A DNA stretch of 64,000 nt from a bacterium (GCA_963555815.3 CAUVWX020000001.1:988633-1052632), one strand, 5' to 3'; shown: positions 45,542-56,301, numbered from the stretch's first letter. The notes: generated by a model from the letters alone, not told the origin. Made by a program: numbers and translations.

Positions 45542-45580
45542 GGCATCGCGGGGTTTCATCCTCCCGAGATGCCTTTTGTT
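45542..45580 (+). terminator. Hairpin plus U-tract between tRNA-Val and thrS (terminator or thrS attenuator)
   Basis: GGCATCGCGGGG...CCTCCCGAGATGCC forms an imperfect stem and is followed by TTTTGTTATT. Confidence 0.4.
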
Positions 45581-45594
45581 ATTGGTGTCTTTTA

Positions 45595-47478
45595 ATGATC
45601 TGGCGGGGTCCCGTGGCTGAAATCCTGCTTCCCGAAGGGGCCGTGGCCTGGAAGGTAGACGACAGGGTCGTAGACTTGAGCGCAGAAGTGGACCGGGCGT
45701 CTGCCGTTCCCGTCACCTTTGAAGACGACGAGGGTCGGGAGGTCTATCGCCACAGCACCTCCCACGTTATGGCCCAGGCGGTCCAGGCCCTCTTTCCCGA
45801 GGCCAAGGTTACCATCGGCCCCCCGATTAAGAACGGGTTCTACTACGACTTCGATTACTCGCGGCCTTTCACCCCGGAGGACCTTGTGCGGATCGAAGCC
45901 AAGATGAAGGAGATCATCGAGGCCGATGATCCCTTCGTGCGTGAGGAGATTTCCAAGCAGGCGGCCCTAAAACTCTTTAAAGAGCGGGGGGAGCCCTACA
46001 AGCTGGAGATCCTTCAGGAGATTCCAGAGGACACAGTCTCCCTCTATCACAATGGGGACTGGGTAGACCTATGTCGGGGGCCCCATGTCCCCTCGACCGG
46101 GCACATCCGGGCCATCAAGCTCCTCTCCATCGCCGGGGCCTACTGGCGGGGGGATGAGCGAAATCAGATGCTTCAGCGCATCTACGGGACCTCCTTCCCC
46201 ACCGAGGAAGCCCTTGAGGCTCACCTTCAGATGTTAGAGGAGGCCAAGCGGCGGGACCATCGGGTCCTTGGCAGGGAGCTCGGACTCTTCCACATCGACG
46301 AGGCGGCAGGAGGAGGGCTTGTCTATTGGCTCCCCAAGGGGGCCACCCTGCGAAAAATTATCGAACGGTTCTGGGAAGATGAGCACGTCCGGCGAGGATA
46401 TCAGCTCATTGTCACCCCTCACCTGGTCCGGGGCCAGCTTTTTCGCACCTCTGGCCACTATGAGTTCTACCGCGAGCACATGTACACCTTCCTTGTAGAT
46501 GAGGAGGAGTACGTTCTAAAACCCATGAACTGCCCGGGGCACATCCTCGTCTACCAGCAGGAGAGGCGAAGCTACCGCGAGCTTCCGGTGCGTTTTGCGG
46601 AGTTGGGGACCGTTTACCGTTATGAGCGCTCGGGCGTCCTTCACGGGATGCTGAGGGTGCGGGGCTTCACCCAGGACGACGCCCATATCTTCTGCACGCC
46701 AGATCAGCTTGGGGGCGAGATCCGGGGTGTTCTCGATCTCGTCCTCTTCATGCTGAAGACCTTCGGCTACGAGGATTTTCAGGTGGACTTGAGCGTTCGT
46801 GACCCGGGGCAGCCCGAGAAGTATGCGGGGGAGGACGCCGAGTGGGAGTTGGCGGAGGCCTCCCTTCGAGAAGCCCTGGAGGCGCGGGGGTTCTCTTATA
46901 CCCGCATGGAGGGGGAGGCCGTCTTCTACGGTCCCAAGATCGACGTCAAGCTCCTGGACGCCTTAGGGCGGTCATGGCAGTTCAGCACCGTCCAGTTTGA
47001 CTTTAATCTCCCTCGGCGTTTCGGGTTGAAGTATATTGGTTCCGACGGCGAGGCCCACGTCCCTTACATGATCCACCGGGCCCTTCTGGGGTCCATAGAG
47101 CGATTCACCGCCGGCCTTATCGAGCACTATGGGGGGGCCTTTCCCCTTTGGCTTGCTCCCGTTCAGGCCAAGATCCTCCCCATCACCAACCGCCAGCACG
47201 CCTACGCGAAGCAGGTGGCCTGGCGGTTGCAGGGCGAAGGACTTCGAGTGGAAACGGACACGCGAAACGAGAAGCTGGGCTATAAGATCCGTGAGGGAAG
47301 GCTCAAGCGGATCCCCTATCTCCTCATTGTGGGGGAGAAGGAGGAGGGCGCAGATCAGGTCGCGGTTCGGGAGCGCTCGGCAGGAGACTTCGGGGCCATG
47401 AGCCTGGAGGATTTCCTGGGGCGTATTCGGGCGGAGCTTTCCTCCTCCGCCCCTCAAGAAGAGGAGGCTACACTATAG
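45595..47478 (+). CDS. thrS: Threonyl-tRNA synthetase
   Basis: 627 aa with an editing/SAD domain (HSTSHVMAQAV), class II core motifs and an anticodon-binding C-terminus. The start is uncertain (GTG at 45613 is possible), and the N-terminal TGS region looks short. Confidence 0.92.
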   Translation: MIWRGPVAEILLPEGAVAWKVDDRVVDLSAEVDRASAVPVTFEDDEGREVYRHSTSHVMAQAVQALFPEAKVTIGPPIKNGFYYDFDYSRPFTPEDLVRIEAKMKEIIEADDPFVREEISKQAALKLFKERGEPYKLEILQEIPEDTVSLYHNGDWVDLCRGPHVPSTGHIRAIKLLSIAGAYWRGDERNQMLQRIYGTSFPTEEALEAHLQMLEEAKRRDHRVLGRELGLFHIDEAAGGGLVYWLPKGATLRKIIERFWEDEHVRRGYQLIVTPHLVRGQLFRTSGHYEFYREHMYTFLVDEEEYVLKPMNCPGHILVYQQERRSYRELPVRFAELGTVYRYERSGVLHGMLRVRGFTQDDAHIFCTPDQLGGEIRGVLDLVLFMLKTFGYEDFQVDLSVRDPGQPEKYAGEDAEWELAEASLREALEARGFSYTRMEGEAVFYGPKIDVKLLDALGRSWQFSTVQFDFNLPRRFGLKYIGSDGEAHVPYMIHRALLGSIERFTAGLIEHYGGAFPLWLAPVQAKILPITNRQHAYAKQVAWRLQGEGLRVETDTRNEKLGYKIREGRLKRIPYLLIVGEKEEGADQVAVRERSAGDFGAMSLEDFLGRIRAELSSSAPQEEEATL

Positions 47479-47510
47479 TCCGAAGACCCCCGATAATTAC
47501 TCCCCCCAAA

Positions 47511-48017
47511 GTGAAGCAACGGATCAATGAACAGATTCGGGTCCGTGAGGTTCGGCTCATTGACGAAGATGGGGGTCAGCTCGGCGTTCTCCCCATCGAC
47601 GAGGCCATCGCCGTTGCCGAGGACAGGGGTCTGGATCTGGTTGAGGTATCGCCTAATGTAGATCCCCCCGTATGCCGGGTCATGGACTATGGGAAGCACA
47701 AGTATCGGGAGAGCAAGCGGAGCCACGAGGCCAAGAAGCGGCAGAAGACGGTTCATGTGAAAGAGGTGAAGATGCGGCCCAAGACGGAAGAGCACGACTT
47801 TTTATTCAAGGGCCGCAACGTTCGCCGCTTCCTCTCTGAGGGCAATAAGGCCAAGGTGACCGTCATGTTCCGCGGGCGCGAGATCGTCCACCCTCACCTG
47901 GGCCGTCGTCTCCTGGATCGTCTTGCCAAGGAGATGGCCGATGTGGGGGATGTGGAGCAGTTGCCAAAGCAGGAGGGGCGATATATGACCATGATCCTCT
48001 CCCCAAAACACCGTTGA
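47511..48017 (+). CDS. infC: Translation initiation factor IF-3
   Basis: 168 aa with RINEQIRVREVRLIDEDG. The track start is GTG 47511. An in-frame ATT at 47496 could be the typical non-canonical infC start, but this is unproven. Confidence 0.92.
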   Translation: MKQRINEQIRVREVRLIDEDGGQLGVLPIDEAIAVAEDRGLDLVEVSPNVDPPVCRVMDYGKHKYRESKRSHEAKKRQKTVHVKEVKMRPKTEEHDFLFKGRNVRRFLSEGNKAKVTVMFRGREIVHPHLGRRLLDRLAKEMADVGDVEQLPKQEGRYMTMILSPKHR

Positions 48018-48030
48018 AAGGAGCAGGTCA

Positions 48031-48228
48031 GTGCCTAAGTTGAAGACTAGGCGCGGCGCGGCGAAGCGTTTTCGCCTCACAGGCCGGGGCAAGGTACGAA
48101 GGCAGAAGATGGGCAAGAGCCATATATTGACCAAGAAGACCAGAAAGCGGAAGCGGAGGCTCAGGAAATCAGCCCTGGGGTCTCCTGCCGACGTTCGGAA
48201 TATCAAGAGAATGATCAAGGGTCGATAG
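48031..48228 (+). CDS. rpmI: 50S ribosomal protein L35
   Basis: 65 aa with MPKLKTRRGAAKRF. Confidence 0.95.
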   Translation: MPKLKTRRGAAKRFRLTGRGKVRRQKMGKSHILTKKTRKRKRRLRKSALGSPADVRNIKRMIKGR

Positions 48229-48239
48229 GGAGGACTTCC

Positions 48240-48593
48240 ATGCCGCGCGCTACCTCCAGTCCCGCCCGCAGACGGCGGCATAACAGGCTCCTCAAAGAGG
48301 TCAAGGGTTACTGGGGGGCTCGGGGCCGACTCTACAAGAGGGGCCGTGAGACCTTGGAGAGGGCCCTTGTCTTCGCCTATCGAGACAGGCGTGTGAGAAA
48401 GAGGGACTTCCGCCGGCTGTGGATCGTCAGGATCAACGCGGCCGCCAGGATCCACTCCCTCTCCTACAGTCAGCTTATGCGGGGCCTCAAGTCCGCCAGG
48501 GTGGACCTCAACCGAAAGATCCTCGCCGATCTGGCGGTCCAAGACTCCGCTGCTTTCGCCCGCCTGGTTACCCTCGCTAAAGAGCACCTCTGA
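48240..48593 (+). CDS. rplT: 50S ribosomal protein L20
   Basis: 117 aa with MPRA.S...RRRH...LK..KGY.G. Confidence 0.95.
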   Translation: MPRATSSPARRRRHNRLLKEVKGYWGARGRLYKRGRETLERALVFAYRDRRVRKRDFRRLWIVRINAAARIHSLSYSQLMRGLKSARVDLNRKILADLAVQDSAAFARLVTLAKEHL

Positions 48594-48673
48594 GGCGTGG
48601 CCTCCTCGGCCGAAACCCTCCTGACCGCCCCCCCCCGATCGACATCGGGAAAAGGGGAAACCCGGGACTCTTC

Positions 48674-49690
48674 ATGATCGATGACCTAAAAGCCCTCTCC
48701 CAGGAGGCGGCGGACGCCATCGATCGGGCCGAGTCCGAATCAGACCTTCAGGTCCTCAAGGCAAAATACCTGGGCCGCCGGGGGGCCGTGACAGCCCATC
48801 TCCGCCAACTTGCCCAACTTCCCCCAGAAGACCGCCCGGCCTTCGGCCAGGCAGTGAACACAGTGAAGGAGGAGCTGGAGGCACTCGTCGCCCAGCGCCG
48901 GTCCCTCCTCAACCAGAGGGCCTTTCAGGCGGCCGAGGCCGAGAGTCCCCTGGACGTCACCCTGCCGGGAAGGGCGAAACCCCGGGGCCGGTTTCATCCC
49001 ATCACCCAGGTGATGGAAGAGATCCTGGAGATTTTTATTCGGCTGGGTTTCTCCATCGCCGAGGGGCCAGAGGCCGAGCTGGACTACTACAACTTCGAGG
49101 CCCTGAATATCCCCCGCGACCACCCGGCCCGGGACATGCACGACACCTTTTATCTGACCGACGACGTCATTCTTCGGACTCACACCTCGCCCGTCCAGAT
49201 CCGGGTCATGGAGACCCAAGGCCCCCCCGTCCAGATCGTGGCCCCCGGCAAGGTCTACCGCTGCGACGCGGACGTCTCCCACTCCCCTATGTTCCACCAG
49301 GTCGAGGGTCTCTGGGTGGACGAGGGGGTGACCTTCGCAGACCTTCGGGGGACGCTGGAAACCTTCGGCCACCAGATGTTTGGGCCGAAGGTGGCCATTC
49401 GCTTTCGGCCGAGTTTTTTCCCCTTCACTGAGCCCAGCGCCGAGGTGGACATCGGCTGCGTGATATGTGGGGGAGGGGGTTGCCGTGTATGCGCCGGGTC
49501 GGGGTGGCTGGAAATCCTGGGGGCCGGGATGGTACATCCAGCCGTCTACGGCTTTGTCAATTATGACCCGGAGCGGGTGACGGGCTTCGCCTTCGGTTTG
49601 GGGGTGGAGCGGATCGCCATGCTGAAATACGGCATCGACGACATTCGCCTCTTCTTTGAAAACGATCTCCGCTTTCTGAGCCAGTTCTAG
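48674..49690 (+). CDS. pheS: Phenylalanyl-tRNA synthetase alpha subunit
   Basis: 338 aa with class II motifs (HPARDMHDTFY, FRPSFFPFTEPS, GFAFGLGVERIAM). Confidence 0.95.
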   Translation: MIDDLKALSQEAADAIDRAESESDLQVLKAKYLGRRGAVTAHLRQLAQLPPEDRPAFGQAVNTVKEELEALVAQRRSLLNQRAFQAAEAESPLDVTLPGRAKPRGRFHPITQVMEEILEIFIRLGFSIAEGPEAELDYYNFEALNIPRDHPARDMHDTFYLTDDVILRTHTSPVQIRVMETQGPPVQIVAPGKVYRCDADVSHSPMFHQVEGLWVDEGVTFADLRGTLETFGHQMFGPKVAIRFRPSFFPFTEPSAEVDIGCVICGGGGCRVCAGSGWLEILGAGMVHPAVYGFVNYDPERVTGFAFGLGVERIAMLKYGIDDIRLFFENDLRFLSQF

Positions 49691-49707
49691 ACAGGAAGGA
49701 AGGGCTC

Positions 49708-52113
49708 TTGCAGATCAGCCTCAAATGGCTTCAGGAGTTCATCCAGGTGAACCGCCCTCCGGCGGAGCTGGCTCAGGCTCTCACCATGGGGGGGATAGAG
49801 GCGACCGGACTTCGGGAGGTGGGTGGCGAATTCGACGCCGTCCGGGTGGGAGAGATTCAAGAGATCCACCACCACCCCCAGGCGCAAAAGCTTTCTCTTT
49901 GTCGCGTGAATCTGGGGAACCGGGAGATCTCTGTTGTCTGCGGCGCACCGAATGTTGCCACGGGCCAAAAGGTGGCCGTGATCCTGCCTGGAGGCCGGTT
50001 GCCCGACGGGCGCCTCATCGAGGCCGCCAAGATTCGCGGCGAAGTCTCCGAGGGGATGATCTGTTCGGGGGCAGAACTGGGCCTGAACGAGGACTCAGAA
50101 GGGATCCTCATCCTGCCTTCAGAGATGTCCCTTGGGAGCCCCCTCGCTCAAGCCCTGGGCCTGAGCGACCATCTCCTGGAGGTAGAGGTGACGCCCAACC
50201 GAGGAGACTGCTTGAGCGTCCTCGGGATTGCCCGGGAGGTCTCTGCCCTCACCGGACGTCCCCTTACAGACGCCTCCCCCTCGGTCCTCGAAGAAGGCCC
50301 CCCGGCGGAGGAGATGGCGGGGGTCAGTGTGGAATGCCCCCTTCATTGCCCTCGCTATGCCGCCCGGATCGTCGAGGGAGTCAGCATCGGTCCCTCACCC
50401 CCTTGGCTTCAGTGGCGCCTCAAGACGGCCGGGATGCGCCCTATCAACAATGTGGTGGACGTGACCAACCTCGTTATGTTGGAGCGAGGCCAGCCCCTTC
50501 ACGCTTTTGACTACGAGCGTCTGCGGGAGAGGCGCATTGTGGTCCGCACCTCGCGGTCTGAAGACGGCCCCTTTAAGACTCTAGACGGCCTGGAACGAAC
50601 TCTCGACTCTTCGGCCTGCATGATCTGCGACGGGGTGGGGCCCATCGCCATTGGGGGAGTCATGGGGGGGGCAGAGACCGAGGTGTCCGCCTCCACCCGC
50701 ACCCTCCTCCTGGAAGGTGCCCATTTCTCGGCCGCCTCCATCCGGAAGACAGCGAGATCCCTTGGGCTCACGACGGAAGCATCCTATCGTTTTGAGCGGG
50801 GGGTTGACCCCTCGGGCGTGCCAGTCGCCCTCGACCGGGCGGCCGACCTCATCCGGGAGCTCGCGAGGGGCCAGGTGGCGCGAGGCCGAATCGACATCTA
50901 TCCCTCTCCCATTCAGCCCGCTTCCATCCAGCTCCGGACTTCACAGGTCAAGCGGGTCCTCGGAATCTCCTTACCCGCTAAGACCCTGGGGCGCTATCTT
51001 GGGCACCTGGGGATGGAGGTCTCGACGAAGGGGAAAGGAATCCTTGTGGCCCGGGTTCCCACCCACCGGCCGGACCTCACTCAAGAAGTTGACCTCATGG
51101 AAGAGGTGGCGCGCCTTCACGGCTATGACCGCTTTCCCAAGACCCTCCCCTCGCGACACGAAGCCCCCGTGTCCCGCGGTAGCCAGCGCGACTTTCTGAT
51201 GCGGGTTCGTGAAATCCTCGCCGGGGCCGGCCTTCAGGAGGTCATCAATCCGAGCTTTGTGTCCGAGCGGGAGCTGGAAATCCTGGGTCTCCCCAAGGGG
51301 CATGTGGACCTGGGGGCCCTTCGCCTTCGGAACCCATTGAGCCAGGATGGGGCCCTTCTGAGGACGAGTCTTATCTCGGGGCTCCTTCGCGACGCTGCCC
51401 TGAACTTCAGCCGGGGCATTATGGACCTCAGGATCTTTGAGGTGGGGACGGTCTTCCATCCAGGTGAGGAGGGGGCACTTCCTCGGGAGGAGGCCAGGGT
51501 AGGGGGGCTCTTGAGTGGGCGGGCGGGCCCTGCCCTGTGGTCCGAGGAGAAGCGCGAGCTGGACTTCTTCGATCTCAAGGGGACCCTAGAAAACCTCACC
51601 CGAAGCCTGAGGCTCCCCCCTCTTCGATACCGCTCTCCGGGAGCCCCCTATCTGGATCCCCGCCGTTCAGCGACGCTGGATTGGGAAGGAAAGGTGGTGG
51701 GGGTGGCCGGGGAGATCCACCCAGCCCTTCGCCAAAGGCTCGACCTTCCCCAATCGGTCCTCCTCTTTGAACTCTCGGCCGACCTTCAGGGCATCGGACT
51801 TCCAATTCCATCCTTCAAGCCCCTGCCACGCCATCCCGCTACCACCCGGGACCTGTCGATCCTGGTGGAGGAGGGGATGGCGGCCGAGGAAATCATGGTG
51901 GCCATCCGCGAGGTGGGGGGCGAATGGCTCCGTGAGGTGACCCTTTTCGACCTGCATTTGGGCGCCCCCATACCCTCCGGCCAAAAGAGTCTCGCTTTCG
52001 CCCTGACCTACAGGGCTGAGGACCGAACCCTCTCGGGAGAAGAGGTCAACGCCCGCCAGGAGGCCATCATCGCCCACCTGTCCAAGACATTTGGCGCGCG
52101 CCTGCGCTCGTAA
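49708..52113 (+). CDS. pheT: Phenylalanyl-tRNA synthetase beta subunit
   Basis: 801 aa with MQISLKWLQEFI, tRNA-binding, B3/4 and B5 domains and a C-terminal FDX-ACB-like domain. Confidence 0.95.
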   Translation: MQISLKWLQEFIQVNRPPAELAQALTMGGIEATGLREVGGEFDAVRVGEIQEIHHHPQAQKLSLCRVNLGNREISVVCGAPNVATGQKVAVILPGGRLPDGRLIEAAKIRGEVSEGMICSGAELGLNEDSEGILILPSEMSLGSPLAQALGLSDHLLEVEVTPNRGDCLSVLGIAREVSALTGRPLTDASPSVLEEGPPAEEMAGVSVECPLHCPRYAARIVEGVSIGPSPPWLQWRLKTAGMRPINNVVDVTNLVMLERGQPLHAFDYERLRERRIVVRTSRSEDGPFKTLDGLERTLDSSACMICDGVGPIAIGGVMGGAETEVSASTRTLLLEGAHFSAASIRKTARSLGLTTEASYRFERGVDPSGVPVALDRAADLIRELARGQVARGRIDIYPSPIQPASIQLRTSQVKRVLGISLPAKTLGRYLGHLGMEVSTKGKGILVARVPTHRPDLTQEVDLMEEVARLHGYDRFPKTLPSRHEAPVSRGSQRDFLMRVREILAGAGLQEVINPSFVSERELEILGLPKGHVDLGALRLRNPLSQDGALLRTSLISGLLRDAALNFSRGIMDLRIFEVGTVFHPGEEGALPREEARVGGLLSGRAGPALWSEEKRELDFFDLKGTLENLTRSLRLPPLRYRSPGAPYLDPRRSATLDWEGKVVGVAGEIHPALRQRLDLPQSVLLFELSADLQGIGLPIPSFKPLPRHPATTRDLSILVEEGMAAEEIMVAIREVGGEWLREVTLFDLHLGAPIPSGQKSLAFALTYRAEDRTLSGEEVNARQEAIIAHLSKTFGARLRS

Positions 52114-52260
52114 TCCGATAAAAACTTGAGGGAATTTAAAGGGCTGGAAAAATCCTGTCAGAATTTGGGGCAGATGTGTTCAAATTAGCCCGCTGTCAGG
52201 CCATTTTGGGAGGTGAAAATTGGAGATTCTTTTATTTCCTATAGGGCGCTGAATAGGCCT

Positions 52261-53412
52261 TCAAAACCCGGCCCTGGCCATCAGGGCATCTATCAGGCGG
52301 TAGAACTTCCACCCCTCTTGAAGTCGTCCGATGAGGCCGGGCTGCCCATCGGATTGCCCCTCCCGTGGGTCCACGTGCTGAAAAGTCCGAAGGAGCGTCA
52401 GGCTCACATTGGGCCTTCCGCTAAGTGCGTCAAGGAGCCTCAAACTCTCCGTATGGGGGATGATGGGGTCTGGAATGCTATGGGCCAGAAAGATGTCGGC
52501 GTGGACCTCCTCTAGGGGTTTTGCCAGTGAGAGGTCCTCCACAAGATTTTTGACCCTGGGGGAGATTTCGGAATAGAGGGCCTGAAACCGCTCGGGCTCC
52601 TGATTGGCCAGGACAGCGTAGAGGGCCTGAGCAGGAGGGCTCAAGGTGTTTAGTTCAGCCTCCACCCGGCTCTCCTCGTCCCTTATCTTGCGCTGCATGA
52701 TCTCCTTGAAGCGGGGCCGCTCCAGGGGATCCTCCAGAAAGTCGAGGTTGTGCAACATGAGGAACCATTTGGCCCAGGGCGCGGGGTTTCCGTAACCCTC
52801 CTCTTCCCCATAGCCGTACCACCGCGTTGTGTAGTAGCGGATCACGTTGGCGAGGTCGAAGTAACCGCCGAAGGAGACCACATAGTCCACTTCTTCGCGG
52901 GCCTCCTCCTCGGCCGCGGCCACGAGGGCGACCCCCCCTCCAAAGCTGATGCCCAACACCCCCAGGTCTCTTCCCCTGGCCTCTGGGACCTCTTGGGCCA
53001 GATAGCGGATGGCGGCGACGGCGGCTCGGACCGAATCCCTTCGAACGCGAGACTCCTTGAGGCCGGGGAAATCCGGGACGAGGGTTGCGAAGCCCGCCTG
53101 TCCAAGAGTGAAGGCGAACTTGACGAGCCTCGGGTCATCCTTTCCCGCCTCGGCGAGGCCGTGGATGATGAGGAGCCCGGGCCGCGGGCCCTCCCCCGGA
53201 CGAATGTAGAGATCCGCCTGAAGGGATTTCTGTCCATCGGAGAAGACGACGGCCTTTCGGTCGGCCTGTGGGTAAACCCGGCTGAGGTAGAGGGCTCCTC
53301 CCTCTCCTGTTAGGATGTCTAGGGCGGTTAGAAAGCTGATGAAGGGCCGATTGGAGCAACCCGTGATGAGAAGGAGGAAGATGAACCAGAGGAGCCGGCC
53401 TGGGCGTACCAT
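52261..53412 (-). CDS. Alpha/beta hydrolase-fold lipoprotein (dienelactone hydrolase-like)
   Basis: 383 aa with lipobox LLITGCS and the nucleophile elbow GISFGGG. Confidence 0.7.
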   Translation of the reverse strand: MVRPGRLLWFIFLLLITGCSNRPFISFLTALDILTGEGGALYLSRVYPQADRKAVVFSDGQKSLQADLYIRPGEGPRPGLLIIHGLAEAGKDDPRLVKFAFTLGQAGFATLVPDFPGLKESRVRRDSVRAAVAAIRYLAQEVPEARGRDLGVLGISFGGGVALVAAAEEEAREEVDYVVSFGGYFDLANVIRYYTTRWYGYGEEEGYGNPAPWAKWFLMLHNLDFLEDPLERPRFKEIMQRKIRDEESRVEAELNTLSPPAQALYAVLANQEPERFQALYSEISPRVKNLVEDLSLAKPLEEVHADIFLAHSIPDPIIPHTESLRLLDALSGRPNVSLTLLRTFQHVDPREGQSDGQPGLIGRLQEGWKFYRLIDALMARAGF

Positions 53413-53418
53413 CGAAGG

Positions 53419-56301
53419 TCATCCCGCTCGCGGGACAGGGGATTTCAGCTTTGGCTGAGGGGTCTGAGCCAGATAAGCCTGCAAGTAGTGCCCCGTGTAG
53501 GAACCGGCATGGGCGGCGATCTTCTCAGGAGGGCCCTCGGCCACAATGGTCCCGCCGAGGTCTCCTCCCTCAGGGCCGAGGTCGACCACGTGGTCGGCCG
53601 TGCGAATGACGTCGAGGTTGTGCTCGATGACGACGACGGTGTTCCCGAGATCCACCAAACGATGCAGGACGTGAAGGAGTTTTTCCACGTCGTAGAAGTG
53701 GAGACCCGTGGTGGGCTCATCCAGGAGATAGAGAATGTCCCGGGGCTCCCGCTTGGCGAGTTCTGTGGCGATCTTCAGGCGCTGGGCCTCCCCGCCCGAG
53801 AGAGTCGTGGCAGGCTGGCCCAGGCGCAGATAGCCGAGACCCACGTCGGCCAGCACCTTGAGCTTGGCCACGACTGGCCCTTGGTCTTCGAAGACGCGGA
53901 GGGCCTCATCCACCGTCAGGCAGAGAACGTCGTGGATGGACTTCCCACGGAACTTGACCTCCAGCGTTTTTGAACGAAAGCGGGTCCCCTCGCATTCAGG
54001 ACAGCGGATGTAGACGTCCGCCATGAAGTGCATCTCAATCTTCTCGTGGCCTTCCCCCTTGCAGCGATCGCACCGGCCCCCAGGGACGTTGAAGGAGAAG
54101 TAGCCCGGTCCGTAGCCTTGCAGCTTTGCCATGGACGTTGCGGCGAAACGTTGGCGGATGGCGTCGTAGGCCTTGATGTACGTCACGGGGTTCGAGCGAG
54201 GTGTTCGGCCAATGGGGTTCTGGTCCAGAAGGACCACATCCCGGAGTCGCTCAAAGCCTTGGATCTCCTTGAAGACGCCGATTTGTCCGGAGCCGCCATG
54301 AAAGATCCGATTGAGGGCGTTATACAAGGTGTCGTGGATGAGGGTGCTCTTTCCGGATCCGGAAACCCCTGTAATGCAGGTGAAGCCCCCGAGGGGGATG
54401 TGGAGGTCGATGCCCTTGAGATTGTTCTCTCTAGCCCCAAAGAGAGAGAGGATTTTTTCGTCGGACCTGCGCTGGGGGGCTTTCGCCCGGGCCCCCTTGG
54501 AGTGGCTCACCTTCTTTCGACGTCTCGCTCCGTCAGTGGGCAGGACCCTTCGCCGAATATGGGGTGCGATGACCCGATCCCCGCGTAGGTAGGCGGCGGT
54601 CAGGGAGTCTTTACAGTCTTTGATTCCCTTGGCAGGGCCGGCGTAGACCACATGGCCTCCCTGCTCCCCCGCCCCTGGGCCCAGATCCACAAGGCAGTCC
54701 GCGTGGGTGATCACGTCTCGATCGTGCTCGACGACGAGGAGGGTGTTTCCCGCCTGCGTCAGGCTCTTCAGGATCTCCAGGAGCTTGGCGTTGTCGCGGG
54801 GGTGGAGTCCAACCGTAGGTTCGTCCAGGATGTAGAGGGTGCCCGTGAGCTGTGCCCCCAGCTGGTTGGCGAGATTGATGCGCTGCGCCTCTCCCCCGGA
54901 GAGGGTTCGGGTGAGACGGTCGAGCGTGAGGTAGTCCACCCCGACATGGGTCAAGAAGCTGAGCCGGGAGGCGATCTGTTTCAGGATGTCCCGGGCAATC
55001 TCCTTCTCGCCGACGGTGAGGGAGAGGGAGGAGAAGAAATCCTGGACCTCCTGGACGGATTTTTGGCAGAGGTCGGTGATGTGGAGGCCTCCCACGCGAA
55101 CATGGAGGGCTTCCTTCCGAAGTCGGCTCCCGCCGCAGCGCTGACACGTCACGGCGCTCATGTAGTGGCGGAGGAAGACCCGAACCCAGAGCTTGTACTT
55201 CTTTCGGGTGAGACGCTCGAAGAAGGGCAAGACCCCTCGGAAATCCTTCGTCCCCTCCAGGACGAGTCGCTGGTGGCGCTTGGAGAGTTTCCCAAAGGGG
55301 GCGAAGAGGTCGACCCCCTCCTTGCGGGCGAGCTTCCTCAGTTGAGCCGTAAAGTAGTGTCGGTAGCGGGACCTCGTCCAGGGCTCGATGGCGCCTTCGG
55401 CGAGGCTTTTGGCCCGGTCGGGAATAATGAGGTCCACGTCGAAGTCAAGCTTGTTGCCGAATCCGCCGCAGTTCTGGCAGGCGCCCCGGGGATTGTTGAA
55501 GGAAAAGAAGAGGGGGGTTGGCTCCTCAAACTCCCGGTCGCAGCGGGGGCAGATAAAGCACCGGGAGAAGGGCAGGGTGGGGCCATCCACAAATCGGACC
55601 CAGGCCTTTCCTCCCCCCTCCGAAAAGGCGACCTCCAGGGAGTCGGCCAGGCGGCTTTTGACCTCCTCGTCAAGCTGGAGGCGGTCCACCACGACGAAGA
55701 TTTTCGACTCCTGCGTGGTCTCGGGGATCTGTCCATTGCTTAAGGTGAGAAGATCTTCCCCCAGCCATACTCGCAAGAAACCCTGGGCCAAGAGGTTGCG
55801 GAGTGTTTGCCCCACCTGCTCCGGCTTCTCCACCGGGAGGGAGAAGAGGATGAAGCAGCGGTCCCCAGAAAAATCACAGATGAGGCGGTCCACCACCTGC
55901 TGGACCGTATCGGGCGTCACCGCCTCCCCGCAGTCGGGGCAGAAGGTCGTCCCAACCTTGGCGTAGAGGAGGCGAAGATAGTCGTAGATCTCCGTTGCGG
56001 TCCCGACGGTGGAGCGGGCGTGCTTGACTGGGTTTCGTTGCTCGATGGCGATGGCAGGGGAAATCCCCTCGATCAAATCCACGTCGGGCTTATCCACCCG
56101 CTCTAGAAACTGGCGGGCATATGTGGAGAGAGACTCCACATAGCGCCGGTGCCCCTCGGCGTAGACAGTGTCGAAGGCGAGAGAGGACTTTCCCGAACCG
56201 CTCAGGCCCGTCAGGACGATGAAATGCCCTCGGGGAAGATCCAGGTCGATCCCCTTCAGGTTGTGCTCCCGGGCGCCTCGGATGATGATGGCATCGCCCA
56301 C
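53419..56301 (-). CDS. uvrA: Excinuclease ABC subunit A
   Basis: 960 aa with two ABC modules (GLSGSGKSSL, GVSGSGKSTL), zinc-finger Cys pairs and LSGGEAQR x2. Confidence 0.95.
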   Translation of the reverse strand: MGDAIIIRGAREHNLKGIDLDLPRGHFIVLTGLSGSGKSSLAFDTVYAEGHRRYVESLSTYARQFLERVDKPDVDLIEGISPAIAIEQRNPVKHARSTVGTATEIYDYLRLLYAKVGTTFCPDCGEAVTPDTVQQVVDRLICDFSGDRCFILFSLPVEKPEQVGQTLRNLLAQGFLRVWLGEDLLTLSNGQIPETTQESKIFVVVDRLQLDEEVKSRLADSLEVAFSEGGGKAWVRFVDGPTLPFSRCFICPRCDREFEEPTPLFFSFNNPRGACQNCGGFGNKLDFDVDLIIPDRAKSLAEGAIEPWTRSRYRHYFTAQLRKLARKEGVDLFAPFGKLSKRHQRLVLEGTKDFRGVLPFFERLTRKKYKLWVRVFLRHYMSAVTCQRCGGSRLRKEALHVRVGGLHITDLCQKSVQEVQDFFSSLSLTVGEKEIARDILKQIASRLSFLTHVGVDYLTLDRLTRTLSGGEAQRINLANQLGAQLTGTLYILDEPTVGLHPRDNAKLLEILKSLTQAGNTLLVVEHDRDVITHADCLVDLGPGAGEQGGHVVYAGPAKGIKDCKDSLTAAYLRGDRVIAPHIRRRVLPTDGARRRKKVSHSKGARAKAPQRRSDEKILSLFGARENNLKGIDLHIPLGGFTCITGVSGSGKSTLIHDTLYNALNRIFHGGSGQIGVFKEIQGFERLRDVVLLDQNPIGRTPRSNPVTYIKAYDAIRQRFAATSMAKLQGYGPGYFSFNVPGGRCDRCKGEGHEKIEMHFMADVYIRCPECEGTRFRSKTLEVKFRGKSIHDVLCLTVDEALRVFEDQGPVVAKLKVLADVGLGYLRLGQPATTLSGGEAQRLKIATELAKREPRDILYLLDEPTTGLHFYDVEKLLHVLHRLVDLGNTVVVIEHNLDVIRTADHVVDLGPEGGDLGGTIVAEGPPEKIAAHAGSYTGHYLQAYLAQTPQPKLKSPVPRAG

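Noticed and set aside
47496-47510. AUU (or AUA) initiation codon for infC upstream of the GTG
   Set aside because: It is in frame and consistent with infC autoregulation known from other bacteria. However, there is no SD or conservation evidence here, so it is only noted in the feature evidence.
54652-55743. 363-aa plus-strand ORF (and other plus ORFs from 53488 to 56106)
   Set aside because: It is antisense to uvrA.
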